Source: Azolla caroliniana
Lineage: Eukaryota; Plantae; Polypodiophyta
Direction of reading: 5' to 3'
Length of the DNA: 64,000 nt
NCBI GenBank assembly: GCA_043228905.1
Contig: JBHGNT010000017.1
Span: 12,090,001-12,154,000 of the forward strand
The translations under genes and the position numbers were made by a program. Positions 53,601-64,000 of the stretch are shown piece after piece. The notes below the pieces were generated by a model. That model made no database searches. It saw only the letters and a list, made by a program, of their open reading frames with translations, and was not told where the DNA came from. Every line of letters starts with the position of its first letter. Positions within the stretch are counted from its first letter, which is position 1.

Positions 53601-56311
53601 TCAAACACAACGTCGCGGATCACGCGCGCTTGTTTGGTGCGCGGGTTATAACACTTATAACCCTTCTGCTCGTCCGAATAACCGACCAAGTTACATTTCT
53701 CGGCCTTTGCGTCTAGCTTCCTCCATTTCTCCTTCGGCACATGCACATATGCAATGCTACCAAAAACTCATAAGTGTTGCAAGTTCGGCTTCGTTCCGAA
53801 ATATAGCTCGTGTGCCGACACTTTTTCTCCGATCCGATTCTGGATGTATACCGCGGTTCTTACTGCCTCGGCCCAGTAGAACTTGGGCAAGCTCTTCTCT
53901 TCCAGCATTGCCCATGCCGCTTCCACAACCGACCGATTTTTCCTCTCGGCCACGCTGTTTTGCTCCGGCGTGTATCTACAACTGAATTCCCGCCGAATTC
54001 CCATCTGTTGTAAATAACCATTGAATTGACTAGAGAAATATTCTTTTCTGCCATCCGACCGCAGGCACTTGATCTTTCTTCCTGTTTCCATTTCCACGAA
54101 CCCTTTCAGGTCCTGGAAACAGTCCAAGACTTCGCTCTTCCTCTCAATGAGGTAGATCCACGTGTGCCGTGTGTAGTCGTCGATGAAGGAGATGAAATAT
54201 TGGCTCCCACCAAGACTAACGTTTTGTGCTGGCCCCCACACATCGGAGTGTATCAAGTTGAGCTTGTTCTGGCTCCGGTTATGCTCGTTCAGGAAGGGAA
54301 GTCGGTGTTACTTCCCAAGCTGGCAGGCTTCACAAATTTGTGCCTTCCGGCCACTAAATTTGGGCAATCCGAACAACACCTGTTTCGATTGCAGGTCCTG
54401 AAGCCGCTGGTAGTTGACGTGCCCTATCCGCTTGTGCCACAAGTCGATGTCCGACTCGACTTTTTGTCCCTTCGCGAACATTGCGGTGCCACCGTCACTA
54501 GAGTCGAGGATAAACATCCTCCCATCTCTCCGCCCTTGCGCAATAACATGGCCTTCTTCCTCAATGAATCACCCGAGATGTGTAAACCGAACCTACATCC
54601 CTTGGTCGACGATCTGCCCGACCGACACTAGGTTCTTTGTGATTGTCGGGACGTGTAACACGTTCAGAAGTTTCCCGTTCACCGACATTTGCAATCGGAT
54701 GCGGAGTGTCTTCTCCGGTTGCGACTACTCCTGGTTGTGTCGGTTTCTCAAGGTATGAGAACCACTCCTCGTGGCACGTCATGTGGTTTGACGCGCCGGA
54801 GTCGATGTACCACACCTCCTCCGACTTCGGGGTGATCTTCTTCATTGAGTTTGCTTTGTGCCTTCTCACAAAGATTGACCCTTTTCCGGCTTTTCCGGAT
54901 CCTTCGGCGTAGTGTGATCGTTGTCGGTTTCCTTTGTCGGTATGTTTGGACCCGGTCCTCTCCGACTCGGTGCGCTTTTTCCAGCACTCGCTCTCCCTAT
55001 GGCCTTTCTTGCCACAGTACAAGCAATCTACAATGGATTTCCCTTGCCAGTTCTCGTCGCCCCGACTCCCCCTGTTTCCGGAGGGTCCGGAATTGCTGTC
55101 TGCATCACTTCGGTGCCTTCTTCCTTGATCCCGTCGTCCGCCTCCATTGTGTACCGACTCGCCTCGTCTGCCACAACTACGAGACCTATCTCCCTCCGTG
55201 TACAACATCTTGTTGTCGGTGTGCGTGCTCATTGACGCACCCGCGTGGTTCTCCTCTACCAGGAGCATCGACTTTAAGTCGAAAAAGGACGACGTATTCT
55301 CCCGGGTACACAGAGCAGTTCGGAACGCCCTGAACTTCGACGCCAAACCCTCGAGATAGACCTCGACCATCTCGCTTTCCTCGATGTTCACATCGATGGA
55401 AGCTTAGGAGTCGCATATGTCCTTAATCCTCGAGGTATAGTCCGCCACCGACAAATCGCGTTGCCGTAGGTTGCTCAACTCCTAGTGGTGCTCGCAGCGA
55501 AAATCTTCTTCAGATTTTCCCACGCACCCTTCGCTGTTTTTGCATCCCGAACGTAGCTTAATAGTTGTTCACCCACACAAGACGTGAAGCAGTATAGCAC
55601 TCTGATCACCGAGTGTTCCCATGCCGGGAAGTCATTGTGTGTCGAATCGGGTGTTGTGTCATTTGCACGATCGGCATAGCTCCAGTAACCATGTCCGAGC
55701 AGGTACTCGTGCATCCTGTAAGACCAAGATGCGTAGTTGTTTCTGTCGAGCTTCTCCGTTAGAAGCGAGCTAGCCATTCCTCTATCCATCGCTTTTCTTA
55801 TTCTTCTTCGTTGGTTTTTCCTTCAAGCAAAGTCGGCTACAGAGGTTCTCAACCCTCACGCTCTGATACCGTGAAAAGAATTGAGTGCGGAAGCAATCTA
55901 GGAAACCGAACAACAAAAAACGCAGGTGTCATGGAAAGCTTAGATTTGCACAGTACGCACGGGAGAGAGAGGGAGAGAGAGTGAAACACAAGAACTTAAT
56001 TCAAAAATAATACTCAATCTGTACATAGGATGTGCTCAGTGAGCACTTTTATACAAGCCCTGACAGTCGGGCTGACACAAGTACTAACAGTACTTGACTA
56101 CTCATAAATGAGCTTTGACTCTTACTCCCAAAACTATTCCTTACGAGGAATATCTCTCTAACGGCCTTTCTATTTACACACCAATACGGTCTTCCTACGC
56201 ACCGGTCTGCGTACCCATTTACGAACCCGATTTACGCACCGGTCCGGCCTAACCGATCCAGTTCTCGGCTTCCTCAACTGATCCGGCCAATGTTGAGCTT
56301 GTCTCTTAATA
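50696..56311 (-). mobile_element. Copia F (same lineage as Copia A) inserted in the Gypsy 3' LTR
   Basis: LTRs 50696-51098 and 55872-56311; TSD GTATA (50691-50695 / 56312-56316); PBS at 55861-55871; PPT at 51099; disrupted gag-pol at 51549-55789 (CLYCGKKGHRESEC, WYIDSGAS, IHSDVWGP, LLYVDDL). Confidence 0.92.
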
Positions 56312-56662
56312 GTATATAAAGGGCAGAAATCCTCTGTAAGAGGTAGCGTGTAATTTTGGTGCACAGAGCGCTTTCGTAATAGAATACTATCTTCTTTGAG
56401 TTCTGTGCATATCTGTGGTTTTTTTATCTATTGTGTTCTTTGTTTTCTGTTGCGTATTGTTAATCGTAAGGGTGTAGGCGTAAGTGCGGATACTAGTGCA
56501 CTACCCAAGGAGTTCGGTTGTAGCCGTCTCCCTTATACGTTGCTAGGATACGAGGAGTATCCCATTACGTATTACGGTGCAACGGTACCATTCCTTGCAA
56601 CATAGTCACCTTGAAGTCTACGTCGAAGGACTGATCGTTGACAATGTTCCTAATCAGTAACA

Positions 56663-57150
56663 ACTACCACTTAACTAATTAGCTACTCAACTGAAGTATG
56701 GTTGTAACTAATTAGCTACTATACAAAACTATGATAGTAGCTAATTAGCTAAGTGGTAGCTAATTAGCTACTCAGCTAAAGTATGGTAGTAGTTAATTAG
56801 CTACCACTTAGCTAATTAGCTACTGTACAAAACTATGGTAGTAGCTAATTAGCTATTGAGCAAAAGTATTGTAGTAGCTAATTAGCTACCACTTAACTAA
56901 TTAGTTACTCAACTAAACTATGGTAGTAGCTAATTAGCTACTTAGCTACTCAACTAAACTATGGTAGAAGCTAAGTAGCTACCACTTAGCTAATTAGCTA
57001 CTTGACTAAACTATGATAGTAGCTAATTGGCTACCACTTAGCTAATTAGCTACTCCGCTAAAGTATGGTAGTAGCGAACTTGCTACCACTTAGCTAATTA
57101 ACTACATGTTAGGTAATTAGCTACTATACTACAACCATAATAGCTAAATA
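56663..57150. repeat. TAGCTAATTAGCTA array 2, right part
   Basis: Continuation of 42272-43077. Confidence 0.93.
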
Positions 57151-58708
57151 GTTTCCACACTTTATATAGCTTACCTAATTAGCAAACATGGAACTGATTA
57201 GGTACACTATGGTCACAAGCAGCAATTTTACCTGTGTGTTTTCTCCACTCATCTGGGAGATCTGTATTACAATCCCCCAAACAGAATGCAGCAATGCGAT
57301 AGGCATATTGAAAACAAACGATATGGTATGTGTGTTGGCATGGTTGTAGGTGAACCAACAGAGTAGTAGATTTGTCCTCTACATGTAATCCACAAGCGAT
57401 GCAACATGCTTGAATAGTCAATATATTGTTTCCTAGTTCTCCTTCATTTGGTAAGGGAGCAAGAATGTTTAGGTTCAATTCTTGTCTGCTCCTTACCATC
57501 CCCTCTGCAAAATGTAGCTGCTTCTTAAGGCAGCTAACTACCTGTTCTTGACGGGAGTATTGTTCCTTCAACGCAGCTGAGAAATTTACCGATTAATTAT
57601 TCCTTAATGAGGAAGATACAACTACAAGAAACAAGAATCATTAACTTACTTGTAGCTTTTCGGAATTGTAATCAGCGACAATATTTACACCTAGAAGGTC
57701 AAGGTTCATTGAAAGAACCTGGATCTCTGTTTGTAGTTGATTTTTCCATTGGGGATCCAGCAACCCCTCAATTTCAAGTTCATGTTGAGCAACCTGTTCT
57801 AGATAATGCCTCAATAGCACATTTTCATGTACAAGTTATTTATAACATATTACATACTAGCAAAACAATAGGTACCTGAATCTTATTTCTGATTGTTGTA
57901 ACTGCCAAAGTGACGTTGCTCTCCATCATAGCATCCAATGTTGCTTTCTCTAAATCAATCTTAAAAAACTCCAATGTCTCACACGCTTCAGGGACATTTT
58001 CTAGCATATAGCTAATCAATGTCTCACATGTTCAACACTCTAGGATAGGGAGGAACGAGCCACCTGAAATAGAAAATCAGTAATAAGAATTGGTGCAAAT
58101 TTACAACACTTTGAGATAGTAATTTGAAATTTGTAATCTGTACTTTTTAACATGTATCAGAAATCAACCCTAATCAGAATTTGTCATGAGAATTGGTGCA
58201 AAATTACAACAGATTGCGATAGTGATAAGAAATTTGTAACCAAAAACTTGTAATCTGAAATATGTAATCAAAAACCCTAAACCACTTAGGGGAAACACAA
58301 ACCCTAATCATCACTAAAGGCAGAAATCAACCGTACTACGAAATTGTGTCAATTAGAAACACACCTGCTGCTACACCCCGATCTTCGAGACATCCTTGTT
58401 CGGGACTCCAACGACTTCGCCGTATTCGATTTTTGGGAAAGATGAACAGGCACCAAAGTTACAAACAGTTATCATAAAGGGAAAAAAAAGTTTTTTAATA
58501 TGTAACTGATACATACTTGGACGAGGATCAACTTGCTCGTGTGTTCTAGCTCTGAAGGTGCAATGTCGATCTCAAAGTTTTTGTGCTTGCTGCGGGGGCT
58601 TCGTTTGCGTTCATGCTCAGAGTACTCCATCTGTTTGGAGTTTGAACTCGAAATCAGGATTATCAAGAATTTGATGGCATTCAAGTCGAGCTTAGATGAT
58701 GGCCCTAC

Positions 58709-59554
58709 TCCCCATGTTCCACTCTGTCAGAAACCAAAGTTCAAATATTAGAGTATTCTCATAAATTAAATGACATGTATTTAACTAATAAAACATAAAA
58801 TTTCGTAAACCATCCTTATGATTTTCCCACAAAAAACTAGCTAGACAAATAGCTAATTAGCTGTGGCCATTTTAGAAGCTAATTAGCTATAATAGTGTTT
58901 CCACTCGCATGCTTTTACCGTTATCCCATGTCTATTTTCATACATGAAAGCTCAAATGAGTGAGATCTCTATCATGCATCACATGTATTTTATGCATGTC
59001 TTGTACCCTCACGTGCATTATATGCATGGGGGCACCTATAAAAAGAGGGGAATCAAGTAAGGGAGGAAAGGAAGAGAAAGTAAGAAATGAAATCATTTAT
59101 TAACCAAAGAAGCTAACTCATTTGGGGAAGTGTCTTGTCTCTCGGAGTTGAAGTCAATGGTTCAAATCAATCGTCGGTAAAGAAATGTTTCATCTTGATA
59201 TGAAGCATTGTAAAGTTGGTAAAATCTTGTTTTCTTAATATAAATCATATTCATATCACTATTGCTTATTAATCATACATTGTCTCTATCTTTTATCTAT
59301 ATTCATCTCTCTCTCTCTCATATTACTTTTAACTCTTCTTCTTCCCCATGTTCCACTATGTTAGAAACCAAAGTTCAAATATTTGAGTACTCTCAGAAAT
59401 TAAATGACATGTATTTAACTAATAAAACATAAAATTTCGTAAACCATCCTTATGATTTTCCCACAAAAAACTAGCTAAACAAATAGCTAATTAGCTGTGG
59501 CCATTTTAGTAGCTAATTAGCTATAATAGTGTTTCCACTCGCATGATTTTACCC
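58709..59554. repeat. Duplicated 212-bp right end of the Sola2-like element (58709-58920 and 59343-59554)
   Basis: Both copies end in a TIR; the inner ends TTACCG and the outer ends TTACCC followed by the TSD. Confidence 0.88.
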
Positions 59555-60032
59555 AATGCTAGTACCTTGTCGGTTAGTGATACTTTGAGCGAGGTAGTTT
59601 GGTTTATCAACCCTTGAAGGGGTTCATATGCTCTCCCATGCTAGCGACATCTTGATACTGAAGCCTCACTATCTTTTGGAATATCGAGACCTGATTTACG
59701 ACGTTATTGTTCTCCAACATCGTGCCAATATTCTCCCAGAGCGCATTGGCCTTCTGCTCTTCATTAAAATTATTGTATAGGCTCATGTCGAGAAAGCACC
59801 AAATGTATGACATCGTCTTCATGTACATTACTTCCTAGATCGCGACATCGTTCTTGTCCGGTCTTTTGTCCCCAAACTGTACCAACAACCAGAGATCTTT
59901 TACGACTAACATGTCCCTCATCTTCAACTTTGACACTGGGTAGTTGGAGCCGGTGAGCTTTAACATGCTACTGAATGAATCTTCCATCTTCTTTCTTTGT
60001 TTGAAGTTTAAAACTTTACTCTAATACCAGTT

Positions 60033-60545
60033 TGTAGTAAATAGTGCTCAACCACAACTGAGTCTTAATGACAATGGAAGAATCAAAACAGAAATAAATA
60101 TTTATGCTCTTACACTCAAAATGGGTCAACACGGATATTAACATGGAAAACCTAATCATGGAAAACCATGGGAGTTCTCTGACTCTCAACAGGATCACTA
60201 TAGAAGAGGGGTACAACAGAATGTGACATAGAGGCAACGACCTCGAGCTCTATAGCTTCGCCTTCAGGCGGTTACAACAGAAGCAGATTCAAATTCTCTC
60301 TCTATCGCTCACACACACATTGTACAATGATAATGATGATCACATATATACATAACTATGTTGCCCTAGTTATATTTATACCTATATAACTTTGGGACTA
60401 TTTACAAATATGACCTCAACGGTCACGTATGAACATATTTACTAATATGTTCCTATTTGCGGCTTCATACCGTATCCGGTTCCTTCCTTGGGCTAGTCCA
60501 ATCCGGCTCGTCCGGATCCCATCTGGAGGGACCTATTTCCCAACA
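60033..60545 (-). repeat. Copia C 5' LTR
   Basis: Matches 25465-26018; followed by TSD ACAAA. Confidence 0.88.
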
Positions 60546-60550
60546 ACAAA

Positions 60551-61300
60551 ATCGACCAAATGTGGATGTATCTATACTCCACCATTCTAGAAGTTTGCAA
60601 CTTGTTTCCCATAATATGCAAAATATACATTTACTCAAAAAATTAGGATGAGACGTCAATTCTAGTAATGATTCCCAAAAGAATGAGCTACTACAATCAA
60701 TAGTCACCCAAATTGGACATTTTTGTCTCAATAAATCTTTATAATTGACCATAGGAATCTATTCCATCACATGCACTAATCTACTATAAAAACGATCAGT
60801 ACCTTTGTCATCGAATGTGTATGGTGATGTTCAAAAAATCACATCATATAAACTTCTTGGACTCGCATACACATTCTCAACACAATTAGGCATTATGAAT
60901 TAATTTAGCTAGTGCTTAATCCATGTTACCAAAGGAAGTTTATTAGTCAAATAGAAAATAACATTGCAATCATAAAACCTGTCAAAAGTTGCTAACATGG
61001 ACTTGGCATCCATCATCACCTCTAACAATGCTCCACTTCAATGAGACAAAAGAAACACATAACGCAAGCAATTCTTTTGCTTCTCCCAAAGAACAACCAA
61101 ATTAATGCCGACAATGCTCCACTTCAACCAAACAAAAGAAACACATAACGCAAGTCATTCTTTCGCTTCTCCCAAAGGAAGACTATCTCATCATATTAAA
61201 TTAAAGCTACAAGGAACGATTACCTTCACATCCCAACAACTTGGATGTTGGTAAAAGATCCAATTGTAATGGACTAGTGTATCCTCTTTCAAGAGGAGGC
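60551..61300 (-). mobile_element. Probable 5'/ORF1 remnant of the LINE
   Basis: Pre-insertion neighbour of 25459 by TSD logic; KCPIWVT resembles plant LINE ORF1; ~87-bp tandem duplication at 61024-61177. Confidence 0.4.
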
Positions 61301-61361
61301 CATCATATTATTCCATCAAAGACCTTCTTTTATATCTTCTTCGGGAATTAATTCTGAGATT

Positions 61362-61772
61362 TGTTGGAAGCAGGTCATCAAATGCGGAACAAAACCAACA
61401 CTTATCAAGTGAAGAACTCCTAGTTGAAGTAGATAAGATGGAAAAAGGAAAAAAGCATATTGTATAGCAATAGAGGCAACTTAGTCAGAGACAAGATCAA
61501 GAAACAGATACGGAGAAGGAAACGTAAAAATATGCACAATACTATGTAATTGTATTATTCTCTCAGAGAGTTACAATGGCACAATGTACAACATGAACCA
61601 GCTTTTTTTCAACTAGGTTACAAAAGTTAGTTTAAATACTAACTAACATAGGGCAAGTACCCTTTCCACTATTTACAAAAATAGTCTAAGCCTAGTTTGT
61701 CCAATGGGAGAGTGTGAATACGTCCATTATTTCCCCGTATTCGATAGTCCCTTGTAATGGGCCTATACAACA
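61362..61772 (-). repeat. LTR-like sequence related to the Copia A LTR
   Basis: TGTTG...CAACA termini; shares GTTTAAATAC.AACTAA..TAGGGCAAGT.CCCTTT with 13168-13466; no clear TSD. Confidence 0.5.
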
Positions 61773-61989
61773 AAAATTTGTAAATCAAAGACTAAACACA
61801 ATTACAAATTTATACAAAAAGGTGTTGAATTAATTAACTTGCGATGGAATTAGTAGTGACCGAAAAACAAAGGTTGGATCAGTTGAAGCTAAATCGGATA
61901 GTCCGAAGCCGAATCCCGAACGTGTTGAGGCCGATTGTCCGAGAGCATCCTTATTTTCTGACTTAATCGGTTTGATATTTCTTGACGCC

Positions 61990-63690
61990 CATTTGGTGGC
62001 GAAGGGACCAGAATTGGTCTACCGGAAGACACTTGGTTATCGGCTGTACATATTTTCTCAATGCCAATTTTCCCTGAAAATGACGCAGTTCCGAACGAAG
62101 TGGTATCAAACATCGATGTGCTTCGAGGCATTATTATGAACCAAATTTCATGGCAAAGCGATGATGCCTTAACTGTTATTGTAGACAACTAGGGTTGAGT
62201 CGGAGTCGGTTTGTCGAAACATGCTCGTTAGTTGACCAAACCACAAAGCTTCATTTGCCATGTCAAACACGGCTATATATTCGGCTTTAGTGGTTGACAT
62301 CACCATGCACTCTTGACATTTAGACTTCCAAGAGATTGCTCCATTGTCAAATTTAAAATAGTATCCGGTTGTCGTTTTTTGGTTGTCTAAGCAACCGACA
62401 AAGTCTGAGTCGGTACAACTGACTACCCCCTGAAATCTCATTCGGGCTAAATAGGATGTCATAGTCTTTTGTGCCCACTAGATATCTGAACACATGCTTC
62501 ACTATGTTACAATGCACTCGGTCAGGATTGTGCATGAATTTTCTAACGATTCCTACAACATGAGCTAAGTCTAGCGATGTTGCAACCATTGCGTACATCA
62601 AGGAGCCGACAACAGGTGCGTATTGGGCCAACTTCATAGTTTCCCCCTCCAGAGCAGATGTTGGGCAATCCTTTTGAGATAGTCGAAGGCTATTTAGAAT
62701 TGGGGTCGAAGTAGATTTTGCCGATTGCATCTTGAATTGTTCTAAGACACATCCAATGTAGTCGGCATATGATAGAGATAGTTATCTTTGATTCCGAAAA
62801 TGATTAATCTTCATCCCTAAAATGTGTCTTGTTAGACCGAGGTTTTTCATGGCAAACTTCAACTGCACTTGCGGAATGAGTTCGGTGACCTCTCCGGCAT
62901 TCCGGTCGAAGAGTAGCATGTCCTCCACGTAAATGATGAGGAACATGGAAGACCCATCTTGAGTTGTTTTGGTGAGAAGGCAATAATACTCATCGCTCTT
63001 TGAGAAGCCGACTCATTGGATGAAGTTGTCAAACTTCGGGTTGCCTACTTGGGGCTATATAAATTCTTCCTGAGTCTGCAGACTACATGTTCTTGACTAG
63101 ATACCACGAAGCCTTTTGTCTGTCCATATAAATCTCCTCCTCTAGGTCACCATGGAGGAAGGCCGTTTTGACATCTAGCTGGATGAGCTCTAAGTCCTCG
63201 GCTGCCAGGATGTTGAGAATGAAGCGAAGGGTGGTCATTTCACCACTAGTGAAAAGATTTTGTCAAAATCGACGGTGTATTCTTGTCGAAACCCTTTTGC
63301 TACTAATCTGGCCTCTAGTTTTGGGTTGGCCGAATCAAACATCTCTTTTAGTCTATAGACCCACTTGCACATAAGAGCATGTCGATTTTTCGGTAGTTCA
63401 AGTAGGTCCCAAGTCCTATTTCTCGAATGGAGTTCATATCTGACTCCATCGCCAGATGCCATGTGGACAAATTGGTTGATGCCGACAGTTCTTCGTATGA
63501 CATTGGCTCACCGAATCTTTTGAACAGTATCTCTTCGGAGGCTGCAACAGTCTCATAGATCTATGTGGTAAGACTGAGCTAACCGGATTGTGTTGAGCCA
63601 AAATATTCGGTTGTGCAAAATCAGCTTGAGCCAATTCGGTAGTAGAGGATTTAGCTACCCATGAAGTTGACCTTGTGTTTTGGCCTATGC
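61990..63690 (-). pseudogene. Old Copia RT/RNase H remnant
   Basis: TWDLLELPK..KWVY..ARLVAKGF, VGSLMYAMVAT and TDSDF...ISWKSK motifs; boundaries approximate. Confidence 0.75.
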
Positions 63691-64000
63691 CTATTGGCCG
63701 TCCAGGATGATTAAGGTATGAAAAGGGCCACGTGGAAAAACCTGGGTCGAAGTGGGACCGGCGGAACAACACAAGAGTAACGTGTAATCATACAAAATAC
63801 CATTTCTTGTATTAAAGAACGTAACCGTCTGTACCCTATAAGAAGGGTTATGGAGTTTTGTAAAAGTTGTTGGAATTTGCATTAGTCGAGTCAGTCTACC
63901 ATTAATCAAATATCTGTTTGGTCCTAATGTGTGTGTTGTTTCCAATACTAAGTTGAGTCGAATAGTTGTATATCACGTTTGCCAGTTGTTGAGAGACAAG

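Larger units (their letters stand above)
43078..56662 (+). mobile_element. Non-chromovirus Ty3/Gypsy element with an extra 3' ORF; 3' LTR split by Copia F
   Basis: 5' LTR 43078-43547; 3' LTR 50572-50695 plus 56317-56662; TSD GCTAC/ACTAC (1 mismatch); PBS-like TGGCACGC at 43552. Confidence 0.9.
41748..58630 (-). pseudogene. Multi-exon coiled-coil / RING-finger / acidic-tail cargo gene (split by the satellite intron and the Gypsy insertion)
   Basis: Putative exons 58630-58517, ~58431-58365, ~58043-57875, ~57793-57650, 57576-57175 (CIAC..PCQHTYHIVC..CLGDC) and 42256-41748. The 57175 donor and 42256 acceptor are phase-compatible and in frame. Upstream exons are approximate. Confidence 0.55.
33373..59554 (+). 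mobile_element. Large Sola2-like DNA transposon with cargo genes (~12.6 kb net of the nested Gypsy)
   Basis: TIR GGGTGAAAGCATGCGAGTGGAAACA (33373-33397) matches the reverse complement of 59530-59554 at 23/25; 4-bp TSD AATG on both sides. Removal rejoins Copia C gag (..TDKVLA|LLLLKSLSDSW..). DDD transposase inside. Confidence 0.85.
25465..60545 (-). mobile_element. Copia C (Tork-like), expanded to 35 kb by nested insertions
   Basis: LTR pair 25465-26018 and 60033-60545; TSD ACAAA (25460-25464 / 60546-60550); degenerate PBS at 60019-60029; PPT at 26019-26030; gag at 59559-59987 plus 33152-33368; RT/RNase H at 26031-27800. Confidence 0.88.

Overview
Eukaryotic plant DNA, most likely a moss-like bryophyte (inferred from the transposon lineages and intron style; not provable from the sequence). 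It holds one intact host gene, a 4-exon STP-family sugar/H+ symporter (7168-9233, minus strand) whose sugar-binding residues are unusually substituted. The rest is a deeply nested transposon stack that target-site duplications (TSDs) resolve: an old LINE is split by Copia A (13168-23477, carrying a very young Copia B at 17277-22624) and by Copia C (25465-60545). Copia C contains Copia D, with a 690-bp unclassified insert, and a 26-kb Sola2-like DNA transposon (33373-59554; 25-bp TIRs, AATG TSD), which in turn contains a Gypsy element and a further Copia. The Sola2-like element is the most unusual object. Besides a DDD transposase it carries two convergent cargo genes (a multi-exon coiled-coil/RING gene and an FCP1/NIF HAD-like gene). 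It also has kb-scale arrays of the palindrome TAGCTAATTAGCTA inside introns of both the transposase and the RING gene, an ~85-bp subterminal repeat array, and a doubled right end enclosing captured DNA. This copy is decayed. Family assignments rest on recalled motifs, not database searches.
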